Shown in pieces: positions 1 to 11,937 of a stretch of 64,000 nt of DNA (within the stretch, counting starts at the first letter, position 1; each line of letters begins with the position of its first letter). The notes beneath the pieces are model-generated. The model was given only the letters and a program-made list of their open reading frames with translations, was not told the DNA's origin and searched no databases. The position numbers were made by a program, and so were the translations under genes. The DNA comes from Lama glama. Lineage: Eukaryota. Location: contig CM052817.1 in NCBI GenBank assembly GCA_028534125.1, forward strand, positions 96,784,001 through 96,848,000, given 5' to 3'.

Positions 1-170
1 CAATTTATTAAAAGTCTTGTAATAACCTTTGATGAAAAAGAATATGAAAATGAATGTATGTATGTACATGCATGACTGGGACATTGTACTATACACCAGA
101 AACTGACACATTGTAACTGACTATAGTTCAATTTTAAAAAATAAATAAAATAAATAATTTAAAAAATTTT
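1..170 (+). mobile_element. L1 3' end fragment (lineage-specific young family)
   Basis: gaaaaagaatatgaaaa...tacaccagaaactgacacattgtaactgacta...A-rich tail. Similar copies at 2.5, 4.6, 28.1, 38.0 and 52.6 kb. Confidence 0.85.
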
Positions 171-264
171 TAAAGTATCTTTGTTACCATAAATTTTCTA
201 AAGTGATTTCTTTGTGTGCTATCATAAAGCCAGGATAATGTCTGGAGTTTCCAATTTAGTTGAG

Positions 265-416
265 GGTTTTTTTAAATAAAACAAAACAAAGCTAGATTTT
301 TCTTTTATTTTATTTTTATGGGGGGAGGTAGTTAGGTTTGTTTGTTTGTTTAACGGAGGTACTGGGGATTGAACCCAGGACCTTGTGCATGCTAAGCAGG
401 CACTCTACCACTGAGC
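265..416 (-). mobile_element. tRNA-derived SINE (camelid Vic-1-like)
   Basis: Reverse complement reads gctcagtggtagagtgcctgcttagcatgcacaaggtcctgggttcaatcccc (A and B boxes). Flanking direct repeat tttagttgag at 255-264 and 417-426. Confidence 0.85.
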
Positions 417-581
417 TTTAGTTGAGTTTTGAGCACCCCCCTCCCCAGCCCATTACCACAACCAAAGAGCATGAGTATACAAATGTATCTGCAAGCACGA
501 AGATGCTGCAGCCACCAGCAGCTCTGCACAGCTAATATTCGGTATATTGCCCTCCTTTTCTCCCTTCTCTTCTCTTTACAG

Positions 582-734
582 TTCTACCAAGATGTAAAAG
601 ATTGGTGGCTCTTCGGGTTCTACTTCTGCATGCCCCTGGTGTGCACTGCAATCTTCTACACCCTCATGACTTGTGAGATGCTAAACAGGAGGAACGGCAG
701 CCTGAGAATTGCCCTCAGTGAACATCTGAAACAG
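582..734 (+). CDS. EDNRA: EDNRA internal coding exon (human exon 5 equivalent; TM5 and ICL3): [51 protein letters not shown]
   Basis: Polypyrimidine tract and AG at 580-581, GT at 735-736, 153 nt in phase 0. The translation is recognisable as endothelin receptor A. Confidence 0.98.
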
Positions 735-2499
735 GTAAACCCAATAAGGGTCACGACAACCTGGCCAACACTGGTTTGTCCTTGACAGCACAAGGCGTAC
801 AAATACTCTATTTCACAGATGTAGCCTGATTTCCTAAGAAGAAAAACACTGTCTTGTTTATATGTCTTGTTTTCTTTATAGTTAGAGTATTTGGAGTTTC
901 TTTTGTGAAGCAGAGATCCTACCTGTGAAACAGGTGGCCCTGGGGGCAGGGCCCCGATAGAAAGGAACGATTCATTTATTTTGCCAAAAGTCTATTGAAT
1001 ATGTGCGTTTGTGTTTAGTAGTACGTTGAACTGGATTTGGAACGGTGTCAGGACAAAAAAAGAAGCATGTGACTCTCTCCCCTGGCAGGCTTTGCAGTGC
1101 TATTGTGGAAATAACACAAACATGAAACAACTGGAAGACAGAATCACAGGGTGAGGTAAAAGTGGCCTGTGCTATAGAAAGCCAAGGGGGATCTGAGATA
1201 AAGTCATGGAGAAACTGTTCATGGATGAGGGGCACTGAACTGTTCATGGAGGATAAATGGGTTCTACGGGGAGGAAGAAGAGGATGGAGGGCACTTCAGG
1301 TGGGAGGACAAGAGTCTGGCTAGAACGTGGCATGGACACCACACATTTGGGGAGTGGGAAAAAGAAGTGGACCTCATTAGAGCAACACCTAAGGTAAGAC
1401 TCATGATAGGAAACAGGACTGCATAAGAAGTCACATTTTGGAGGGCCCAAAGTTCTAGAAGAAATTTGAACGTGTCAACAGGAGGCTGTTGGTCTCGCCC
1501 GGGCAACAAACAGAACAGATAAGCCGTGACGCTTATACTTGCTGGCTCTGTGATGTTGCGCAAATTACTTAACCACTCTGAGCTTCTAGTTCTTCACAAA
1601 GTGTATGTAATAAGACCTGCACCTTTCTGTACAAATACTAATTCAATTTTGAGTCTTAAACATTTTAAATAAAATGTAGTATATAATAATATATCAAGGG
1701 GATTACCTAATGCATGGACAGTGACCAATAGAACCCAACTCACAGGTAATACTTTTAAAAAAATGTTGATATATATGAATTCAAAGAGTGAAGCCAAGAC
1801 TGCAGGTGAGTTCTCAGTCTCCATAGAGAAGTATCTAAGGATGCTCAACCACACGAAAGTTCACGTGAGCCTGGACATCTGCCCTGTATCACTACCGTAC
1901 ACAAGCATCATTCTTCATCAGCAACTCTTCTCAACTATTGTGCTGGGTTTTCTGAGCTTCCGCTCCCTATCTGTAAATTGGGCATAATAATATATGAATC
2001 AGTATTATTATGAGAATCAAAGGAGTTAATGTGATACACACACTTTATAAATCTAACATGTTCTACAAATGGTAGCTATTATCTCTTATTAAAATTTAAC
2101 AGGAAATTGTATTGAGAAACTTTTGTCTAACATTGTCCAGGCATAAATGTTTCAAGCACTCCAGATGTGAGACATATTAAGCCATTGTACTTCTCATGCC
2201 TGCGGTGGAGATAACTAATTGGAATAGATTTGTGGATAACAGTATTTTTAAATGTTGGATTTTTGCGTTTGCAGCACGATGGAGCCTGGTTATGCTCTAA
2301 GTGGTAACTGTACTGAAAATAATTGAAATAGGGGTTGGGAGCAGTAATAATATGGTGCTGTGTCACATTTTCATAGCATTTTTTAAGTTTTCAGAGAGCA
2401 TTTCCATTTCATTTTGGTATTTGATCCCTTGTCCAATCAACCAACCTGTGAGATAAGCTGGATGGACATGACCCTTATGATATAGATGGTTAAGAGATC

Positions 2500-2723
2500 A
2501 ATTTGGGAGTTTGAGATTTGCAAGTGTTAGCCATTATATATTAAAAAATAGATTTAAAAAAATTTCTTCTGTACAGCACAGGGAACTATATTCAATATCT
2601 TGTAATAACCTTTAATGAAAAAGAATATGAAAAGTAATATACATATGTGCATGCATGGCTGGGACATTGTGCTGTACAGCAGAAACTGACACATTGTAAC
2701 TGACTGCACTTCAATTAAAAAAA
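2500..2723 (+). mobile_element. L1 3' end fragment in EDNRA intron
   Basis: ctgtacagcacagggaactatattcaatatcttgtaataacc...cttcaattaaaaaaa. Confidence 0.85.
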
Positions 2724-4568
2724 GAGAGAGACTGGCTCAACTAAATGGAGGTTAGAACCCAAGACTTGGTCCCCATGCAGTAGACGTGCCCTTGTGTCAT
2801 ACTCAGAGCTGGAGCAGGTTCTAACAGCAGGAGAACCTGGTGGGAAGGCCTTCAGCGGGGATGGCAGCAGAGCCAGCTCAGTGTGAAAAGGCCTTGCCAC
2901 CCTTGTCTAGTCTCCCTGTATGGCTCTTGGTCTTGCTTCTTGTGTGTTTTCTTGCATTTCTCTTCGGTATTCTGACAATACCTTTTACCGATTCGGGATT
3001 GTGTTTGGATGCCTGGTAGCAGAAAACCCAGAACAACATGGAGTAGACCACACAGGGGTTTATCTTTCTCCCACAGCAAAAAGTTCAGATGTCATTGGCT
3101 CAGTGGTCAAGGGACACAGAAGTCAGAGTTCTGCCACGGTGCTAACCTTTCCTTTATAGCGGAAGATGGCAGCTACAGCTCTACCCTTATGCCTGATTTC
3201 CAGGCAGGAGGAAGGGGAAGAACACAGATCGCATCAGTGTGTATGCACCAAAGAGGTACCCCCCATTTTTCAGTAGCCTTTCCAGAAACCCCTGCACAAC
3301 AATTTCTTCTGAGTCTAATGGGTCAGGACCATATCAGGTGGCCAGGCAGACAATGAAGCTATCAAGGATCTGATTGATAGTAAGGATAGAAGAATGGATA
3401 TTGGTTAACCAAATACCAGCCTGTCATGGCAACATATTAATATTACCTTTTAAAAAGTTATCCTTTTTGAGGATGTGCTCAGGGAACATAACCTCTCCCC
3501 TGGTGCCTTGTTTTTCTGGGTGCACCGTCTTTCTGTGTACACGAAACAGCCCTTTAAAATGATCCCCCATTCCTGCAGATTAATAAATAAAGGAATCCTT
3601 TATTTCTCTTGATTTCAGTTTATGCATTCTCTGAAGCTAGCTAGCTGGCTAAGTCTGAAAGATTAAAGAACCCCCAATTCTTTGGGCTAGAGCAGCAATT
3701 CGTGACAATTGCCCTGAAATCTTTTTAAACAGCTCCATTAATCATGTGAGTTTGTTGTAGGCTTCCCATATTTAATGCTGTATGCTTCGAGTTGAACCAG
3801 CATCACCCTTCCACACCCTGTTTTCAATCAGTTCTATTTTGACATGAACTGATTCCAGTTACAGACAAGTTGCATTTTAGGTTCCCCATTGGGCTTCCAA
3901 ACGCATCCCCTGTAAGACTTGTGTACAGTGCACACTGGTTGCAGATAATTCCTAACCTACAGTTTTGCTGATCCTGTGCAGACCCAAAACCATGTAAACC
4001 TGCCATTGGAGTCAGTCCAGGATCAACACGTCTCAGTTTTCCTAATCGTTATGGCTGATAATCCTTTACCCTCATCCCTCTATTTGCAAACAATGTATCT
4101 TTGGAAACGACATGTCATTAATGAAAGAATTTTAAAAGCAAAAAAAATCCCAGTGCCAGCTTTCTCTAGGATCAAGAAATGGAGAAAGCACATCGTTCTT
4201 CCTTTTTCTTTACTGTTCCCTGCTCCTGTTTTCCAAACGTCTTTGTAGATTTGTCTATTTTCAATTATGCTAGGTTCCATCATGAACTGCCGTACCACCA
4301 TTAAAGCTGGTGAGTGACCTGCTGTTGAGGCTTTTGGCTAACCCTTTCCTCCTTATGTTCAACACACACACACAGACTCAGCCACAGTTTTGGCCCAACT
4401 CAGCCAGTTCCCATGTCTGCCCACCATCGAATCTCTGTCCTGGCCCTAAGGACCAGCCATCCTTATTGGCAGCTGCCCAAAAGAATCACTTAGCAACTCC
4501 TTGCTTAGAAAGTCGGATTCCAAATCTTGAAGAGATGGAGGCATGGTCAGGCAGGCTATTCTGGGTCT

Positions 4569-4793
4569 CCTTTTTCTTTTTTTTTTTTTATTTGTGTGTG
4601 TGTGTGTGTGTGTGTGTGTTCTTTTTTTTTTAAATTGAAGTACAGTCAGTGACAATGTGTCAGTGTCTGCTGTACAGCACAATGTCCCAGTCATGCATAC
4701 ACATACATATATTTCTTTTCATATTCATTTTCATTAAAGGTTATTACAAGATATTGAATATAGTTCCCTGTGCTGTACAAAAGAAACCTGTTT
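4569..4793 (-). mobile_element. Antisense L1 3' end with a (TG)n microsatellite in its tail
   Basis: Reverse complement of the L1 3' end. TSD ttctgggtct at 4559-4568 and 4794-4803. TG run at about 4593-4618. Confidence 0.88.
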
Positions 4794-4910
4794 TTCTGGG
4801 TCTTCTTTGAGTTATTCTTTCCCAGATGACTTCTTCCCTTTGTGTAGCTCTTTCCTCTAAGAGAAAAACATTAAATTTATGGTGCTTTTTTTTTTCCCAC
4901 TTTCCTTTAG

Positions 4911-5044
4911 CGTCGAGAAGTGGCAAAAACAGTGTTCTGCTTGGTTGTGATTTTCGCTCTGTGCTGGTTTCCTCTTCATTTAAGTCGTATTTTGAAGAAA
5001 ACCGTGTATGATGAGATGGACAAGAACCGATGTGAATTACTTAG
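4911..5044 (+). CDS. EDNRA: EDNRA coding exon (exon 6 equivalent; TM6): [44 protein letters not shown]
   Basis: Acceptor tttcctttag at 4901-4910, donor gtacaa at 5045, 134 nt. Contains the class A GPCR CWxP motif and continues the frame of the previous exon. Confidence 0.98.
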
Positions 5045-5469
5045 GTACAATCTTATGTACTCAGGAGGAAATTGGAGTCTCTCTGATTTTCACATTTACA
5101 ATGCTTTTACAAAACCCTCTAGTCTACTTTCTCGTTGAAAATTAAAACTGCAAAGTTGATTTATTTTTCTTTAGCTGCCATAGCCCATAACCAATCCAAA
5201 AATTTGTGCAAGCCAGATTAGTCATTTTGCCACTTCCCTCTTGAGTCTGTGCAGAAAGGTTTGAGTTAACCAAGTGGTGGGTATATCTGTAAATGTTCTG
5301 CAAAACTTAAATTGCCATTTAAACAAAGACTTTTTAAAAAAATTTCTGCCTGCCACCTATAAGAAATGGCTTCTGGGCAAGAAAAATGCTTATTCTAGAG
5401 ATAAGTGCTAGTGAGCAGATTTTAAAACATTATGTTCTAATTTATATACTCTGTTTTCTTTCTCTCCAG

Positions 5470-5578
5470 TTTCTTGCTGCTCATGGATTACATCGGTATT
5501 AACCTCGCAACCATGAATTCATGTATAAATCCAATAGCTCTTTATTTTGTGAGCAAGAAATTTAAAAATTGTTTCCAG
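5470..5578 (+). CDS. EDNRA: EDNRA coding exon (exon 7 equivalent; TM7): (S)[36 protein letters not shown]
   Basis: Acceptor tctctccag ending 5469, donor gtaaga at 5579, 109 nt. Phase is compatible with the phase-2 junction (AG|T) from the previous exon. Absent from the ORF track. Confidence 0.98.
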
Positions 5579-6254
5579 GTAAGACGTTTTGCAAATATAT
5601 TTTAAACACAACCAGGGGAGTCTACGAAGTAGCCAACAGGCATGGCTAATTCCCGCTGTAAATATCACTTTCCTCAGCTGTACTTTTCAGCAGACAAGTG
5701 AGAATCACATTTTGTTACCCAGAAAGAGGGTCAAATTGCCAGCATAACAGAAAAGCAGTATCTATTCAGACAACAACATATTCAGAGGTTAAAATAAAAA
5801 GAACTAACTTAATAACATGCCAGCTTAGTACCGTGCTTTAAAAAGAAATACTCCAATTTGAGCTCTAGGCCAAGAGAATAGATAAAACCTACTGATGACT
5901 TCCATTATCTTAGACTTTAACCACAATCTCAATAAAACATAAATTTGTTATTAAGATAGCTCTCGATAAATGTGATTTAATAGGATATTTAATAATAGCC
6001 TTTTCAAGGAATGTGAATGCTTATGGCTCTGGAAATCTGAACTAATGTAACTTTTTAAATTTAATTTGAAATCAGTTTCCTACTGTTGGTCAAACCTTCT
6101 TGTAGCTAAGTCAACCCATGTCCTCCCAAAGCTCCAAGCTTGTCTTATTGAACTGTAAGTTTTCCAGTTCCTGGAATGATTTTGGCAAAGAGTTAATCCT
6201 AACTGTATGCTGTTATCTTTGGCCAAGATGTGTAACTCCACTTTATAGTACATA

Positions 6255-6500
6255 TTAGGAAGAATAGCATTGAGTTCAAGGTGCAGGATCTGGAAGCAAA
6301 CCATATTGATTTACGTCATAGCTCTGCACTTGCTAGCTGTCTAACTTGGGTCTGAGTGGTACCCCTCCTGCTCCCTCAGTTTGCTCATCTATAAAAATCA
6401 GATGATCACTGTATCTGTCTCGTAAGCGGAATGCAGTGGGCTGATATTAAGTGCTTGAGACAATAGAAAGTGCTCAGTATGAGTTTATAATTATTATTAG
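6255..6500 (+). mobile_element. MIR (ancient SINE); other MIR-like pieces at about 1525-1620, 1940-2080, 25790-26000, 43115-43280, 48360-48550 and 61085-61270
   Basis: MIR core-like cctcagtttgctcatctataaaa and aagtgcttgagacaatag...ctcagta. Confidence 0.65.
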
Positions 6501-7381
6501 GGATAGAGAAGAGAGGAAAAACCCAGTGACTGCCCTTGTGGAACTTAAAATCTGAAAGGAAACAGACACATCTTAACCAGTGAATCATAGAAATAGGTGA
6601 AACTTGGTATGGAAGTTCCAGCTGCCATGTTTTTGAAGTCTACTTGATAATGTTTACAAGTCATTAGATACTGTAAGAAAGATTCTGGCCTAAGAAAGAT
6701 CGACTGAAATACAGGTCATAACTAATACATTATGTAATCTGGAGTTAATGTGAGTTGCAAATTAGTTTACATATGAATTAGAGGGGGAGGGAAAATCAAG
6801 GTGCAAACTCTCTGAAATTAAACACATTTTTGACCGATCTCCATAAAAAAGGCAGCATACCCAGGGGAAAGACTCCAGTAGGGAGAGTCTTGGGTTCTAA
6901 GTTCAGTTCTGCCTCGTATAATCCTTTCTAAGTCTCTCCGTCCTCATTCATAAAATGAGGAAAAGAGCACTTACCCTATAGAGCTGTTAAGAGCATCAGA
7001 TGAGGTGCCCAACGCAGAGAGCCACGCATCACAGCATGTATTATAGCCACGGTGTACAACAATGAAAGTCAGCTGCCCACCCCGCCCTTCCCACCCACAC
7101 CCACCCCAAGTCACAGAACCCTCTCCCTCTGGCCAACAGTGCCTTCCCTTCCTCTTTGACTCTGAATAAATTAAAACAGGAAACAAGGGATCTGTTGCTC
7201 TGCACTTGAGTGGACAGTTGAACTTCTACCTAGAGATTACAAACTCCCTACTCTAGATTACTGCTGAGCCTCACGTCTGACCTCAAATGCCTGTGGACAG
7301 TTACCCCTTGTCGGTGGGCCTGTGCCCTGCTGGGAACAGGTTGGTGGTCTCATCTTATTGAGAGTCTGTTCCTTCTCCCAG

Positions 7382-7522
7382 TCTTGCCTCTGCTGCTGCT
7401 GTTACCAGTCCAAAAGTCTGATGACCTCGGTCCCCATGAACGGAACAAGCATCCAATGGAAGAACCACGAACAAAACAATCATAACACAGAGAGGAGCAG
7501 CCACAAGGACAGTATCAACTGA
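7382..7522 (+). CDS. EDNRA: EDNRA last coding exon (C-terminal tail): SCLCCCCYQSKSLMTSVPMNGTSIQWKNHEQNNHNTERSSHKDSIN*
   Basis: Acceptor ccttctcccag ending 7381, TGA at 7520-7522. Includes the Cys cluster known as the ETA palmitoylation site. Confidence 0.98.
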   Translation, partial: SCLCCCCYQSKSLMTSVPMNGTSIQWKNHEQNNHNTERSSHKDSIN

Positions 7523-9915
7523 ATACCTTAAGGAACATTAATCAATATTCCTTCAAATCCAATGGAAGGAAAAAAGACAAATCACACAGACAGCAACTGC
7601 ATCTCCAGAAATCTCATCTTCCATCCTTCTCCCATGACTCAGTCCCACCCACCGAAAAAACACTTTCCAAAACATTGAAGGGTTGACTGGTTTATACCCA
7701 CAAATTCAACAAATCTTACTTCTTTAATTTATCTAATTTACGTATTTTGCATGTTATATTCAGCCCTAAAAGATGGTGGGAGTTGTCAGGGGGAAAGGAG
7801 ATTGTTCAGCTACACCAGAAGGATATTTACTACCTTCGCATGGAAATAGAGTTTTTGAGTACATGGCCAGATTTCATGGCCATTCTGTAGAATATTCAAT
7901 AAGAACTGGTCACCAGGAAAAGTTTAGAGATTATGACAAGGTTTTCTATTTTTAAAGGAATTTTTTTTTTGGCCAAATACAGTATGGATTTAAGTCACCT
8001 TTATTTGAAATGTCATTCAGTGCCAGTAGTTTTTAACTGCATAGAAGCCTAAAAATGATTATTTGAGATATTTACACATATTTTGCCCCCCAAAAAAGGA
8101 AGAGGTAAAACAGACTTCAGGTGAGCAATTAGGTTAATGTTTTTTGTATCACTGGCTTATTTTTAAAACGTAAATTCTCAAGCTACAACAAATACAGGAA
8201 CTTAAGGCACAGACTGATATCCACATGTGGCAGTTTGATAGCAGCTATGCAAAGAATTTTTAAGAACCTACGTTTTCTTTTTTTTTAATGGTGTTTCATT
8301 ATTGGAGATCTTGTGCATATTTTTATGTTAAATTTCAAAATAATGTTTGAATCAAATAGTTCTATTTTTCATAAGCCCAATTTTTTAATGAAAACATTTT
8401 ATGTAAAATCAATACCATGTACGAAAACGTTAATGTATGTGTCATTTAACTATGCTTAAGACTTTCAGCGCAATGCATTGAAGTCTAAAGCACACCTAGG
8501 AGAGAAGGAGTTAGTAGTCTTAGAAGGTTTGGACATTTTCATCGAGATTTTTTTTTGATAATGGTAACATGTGTATGTGTGTATACATACCTATGTACGT
8601 GTATACATGTCACCTGACGGGCTCTTGATTGCTCTTAAAATGTTAACCGACAGTAAGACTTTTTTCGCCATTTTCTTTTCCACATAGGAGTATACAAAAC
8701 ATAATTTCAAAGCAGCCAGCTGAGTTTATCATGTCAGTGAAATATAATTACCCCCAAGTGACACCATGAACTGAAGGTTCCTGAACGCCCTGGGTTTCCA
8801 GTATGAAGCTAAACACCTCCCCTGCCCCCTCTCCACACGAGTATCATTTCAAAAGGCCCACAGTGACTTCTGCTGGGCATTTCCCACAATGTTTACAGAC
8901 TGTGAGTACAGCAGAAAACCTTTTACTGTGTGTATATAAATATATATGTAAACAACTGTCCATTTCTTTTAGCCAGTTTTTCTGTGACTGTTTCTATGGA
9001 ATGTATTTGTGTGTGTGATGTATGCATGTTGTGGGATACTGTGCATGGACTTTGTGTAATCTCATAGTCATGCCCTGTAGTTGTGCCAAAGCACACACTC
9101 TGAGTGGAATCTTGGTGGTTGTTCATCACAACCAGCCTCAGTCAGTTTTAATCTATCTGAGTTCCTCAGTCTTGTGACCATGTTACCATTACAAATGGAA
9201 TGTGGGAGGCAACATGAAAAAGGACAAGCCATGGGGTGACAATGGGGTTTTGTTTGTTTGGTTCGTTGGTTGGTTGGTTGGATGGTTGGTTTGAAAAAAG
9301 CAATCTTTGGAGTTGTATTTTTTTTTCCTGTGCTGGAACAAAGGTCATTAAACTTTGAAGCATTGCATTGGCCCAATCCTCAACTCAACGTGGTGATAAG
9401 GTTGACAAGTGGGCAGATGTTTCTACTGGACTTCATCAGAAAGATGACTGATGATAAGGTAGCTAAACTGACTCCTTGGGCTATAGTCTAGTGCAGTCAT
9501 GTATGAAATGATGTCAGGTTCCAGCGATCCAATTGCAGGGCCCCTTTATGTGTTAGCAGTCAAATCTCATTACTCCACTGGTGCATCACATGCAGTGATA
9601 TATATCTGTAATATAAGCCATAGGTTCACACCATTTTGTCTAGACAATTGTCTTTTTTTTAAGATGCTTTGTCTCTTGCATATGAAAAAATGCATTTTAC
9701 AAGTTCAGAAAGTCATAGATTTCTGAATAACCGTACAGGCTTCCATGTGCATTTTATTTATGGACCAGTAAGTAATCATGGTTTACTAGTAGGAATAGTT
9801 CCAATTTCTACCTTTATCACATTTTTCCAAGTAAATCTGTAGAAATGAGCCAGAAGCCAAGGCCCTGCATTGGCAGTGGCCCACAAGTATAAAATAAAAG
9901 TTTACAGAAGCCTTG
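7523..9915 (+). other. EDNRA: EDNRA 3' UTR (about 2.4 kb)
   Basis: AT-rich sequence with no recognisable transposons, running from the stop codon to the AATAAA at 9893. L2 and LTR repeats begin soon after. Confidence 0.85.
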
Positions 9916-9930
9916 CAAGTGTGTCTTCAT
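9893..9930 (+). terminator. EDNRA: EDNRA polyadenylation signal (AATAAA 9893-9898) with downstream GU-rich element
   Basis: aaaataaaagtttacagaagcctt followed by gtgtgtctt about 20 nt downstream. Confidence 0.85.
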
Positions 9931-10084
9931 TTGTACATAGTTATATCTAGAAAGTATTTGTTACACAGTGCCTGTTGCAAACCTCTCCCTGGTACTAAAC
10001 AGGCAAGCAGTTTTTACTTTCAAATAGATACTTCCCAACTGTACTTTCTTCTCAGCCTTCTTTGTTGTCTTGAACACTTAAACC

Positions 10085-11200
10085 TCTCATTCATTCCTTC
10101 ATTCACCTTTCCTGTAAATTTTACTAAGCGTCTACTCTGCAGCAGGAATTCTTCTAGGTACTGGGGATATAGCAGGGAACAATACAAGCTAAGTTCCTGC
10201 TCTCCTGGAGCTTGTATTCCAGAGGAAGGAGTTGTACAATAAACAATGGCAGTCAGTAAATAATATGTCAGGTGGATACCTGCAGGAAAGACTCATCTTT
10301 ATCCAACTTGACATCCCAACTGGATGGCTAGCAAACATACTATATCTAAAACTAAGCTCCTGTTATCCCTCTAACCTTTGCTGCCATCATATTCTTCTGC
10401 TAATTTATTAGTTCATGTTCTCCAGAGAAACAGAAGCAATATAAAAGATAGATACAAGAGATTTATTTTGAGAACTGGCCCATGTGATCATGGAGGCAGA
10501 GATACGTATGCAATGATCTGCCATCTATAAGACTGGAGAGCCAGGGAAGCCAGTGATATAATGCAGTCAGAGTCCTAATGCCTGAAAACCAGAGGAGCTG
10601 ATGGTATAGCTCCCAGTTTTGAGGCCAAAATCCTGAGAACCATCAACAGCTCACTGGTGTCAGTCCCAGAATCCAAAGGTCCAAGACCCAGGAGGCCCAG
10701 TGTCCACAGGGAGGAGAAGATGGATGTCCCAGCTCAGGAAGAGACAGAACTCATTCTTCCTCCTCCATATTGTCCTTCTACTGATGGATGATGATGGTGC
10801 CCCCCACCAGGGAGAGGAGATCTACTGTAGATAGTCTCCTGGTTCAAATGCTAATCTCTTCCAGAAAGACCTTCATAGACACATCCACAGATAACATCTT
10901 AACTAGACATCTCTGGGTGTCCTTTCGCCCAGACAAGTTACACATAAAACTAACCATCACAGGTCAGTTAAACACAGTCCCTCCTTTGAGTGGTCAGGGC
11001 AGAAACCTTAAAGTCATTTCCTACTTCTTTCTTTCACAGCTTATGCCCAACACCTCAGTAAGTCCTGATGGCCCCAGCTTCAGAATATCTCCAGGATCTG
11101 ACCACTTCTGTCTCTACCTCCCTTTTCTGAGCCACCAGCGTCTCTTGCCAGGGTAACTGCAACAGGATCCTACATGCCCTCTTGTTTCCACCTTTGGAAA
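10085..11200. mobile_element. L2 fragments interrupted by an MLT2 LTR
   Basis: cattcattccttcattc...ctaggtactggggatatagcagggaac and ctccaggatctgaccacttct are L2 3'-type motifs. Confidence 0.55.
10404..10961 (-). mobile_element. MLT2-type (ERVL) solo LTR
   Basis: ttctccagagaaacagaa...gagatttattttgagaactggc...cacataaaactaaccatcaca, the reverse of the TGTGATGGTTA... start. Confidence 0.8.
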
Positions 11201-11602
11201 CACCATACTCAAACTGGAGCTTGTTTCTCTACCACATAAATGGTCTAAAGGTGTTCACATTTCCAAGCGAGGCTGGTTAGCATCGCCTGGGGAGTTTTCT
11301 AAGAACAACTAAAGTAAGAAAGAGCCCTTTTCCACTGTGGTGAGAGAGGCTGTGAGCCAGGGAGGTGCGGGCCACCATGGTGTGGGCGTTATGAAGAAAA
11401 TCAGTCTAGGGTGTAACAAAGATGACAAAATAGCATTTAAGATCCTGGATCTAGTTTTCCCTGGTGCTCTCCTGTGGCTTGAGTAAGCAAATCAACACAT
11501 TTACCTTTGTGCTCATGCTAGTTAAATTTGGTTTTCCGTTGCTTACAATTCACATAGTCTAGGAAGATCTCATCAAAGATATTTTGATTTCTCTTGTCAT
11601 TG

Positions 11603-11937
11603 TTTAAATTAATGGATTCGGTTTTTTAGAGTAGTTTTAGGTTTACAAAAAAAAAAATTGATTGGAAAGTAGAGATTTCCCACATGCCCTCTTTTCCCCT
11701 CATTCCTCACACACAGTTCCTCCTATCTTCCCCTTGTATTAGTGTGGGATATTTGAGGAGCCAATATTGATACAATATTATTAACCAAAGTCCATAAGTT
11801 TACATGAGGGTTCACTCTTTGTGTTGTACATTCAATGGGTACTGACAGTTATCCACCATTATAGTATCATTCAGATAGTTTCACTGCCCTAAAAATCCCG
11901 TGTGTTCCACCTTTTCTTCCCTACCCTCCAACCCTTG
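11603..11937 (-). mobile_element. Old L1 (L1MC/L1MB-like) 3' end
   Basis: ttttagagtagttttaggtttac...agggttcactctttgtgttgtacattc...tttcactgccctaaaaatcc. Confidence 0.75.

Noticed and set aside
429..581. N-terminal extension of the EDNRA ORF in the track
   Set aside because: It is intronic read-through upstream of the splice acceptor at 580-581.
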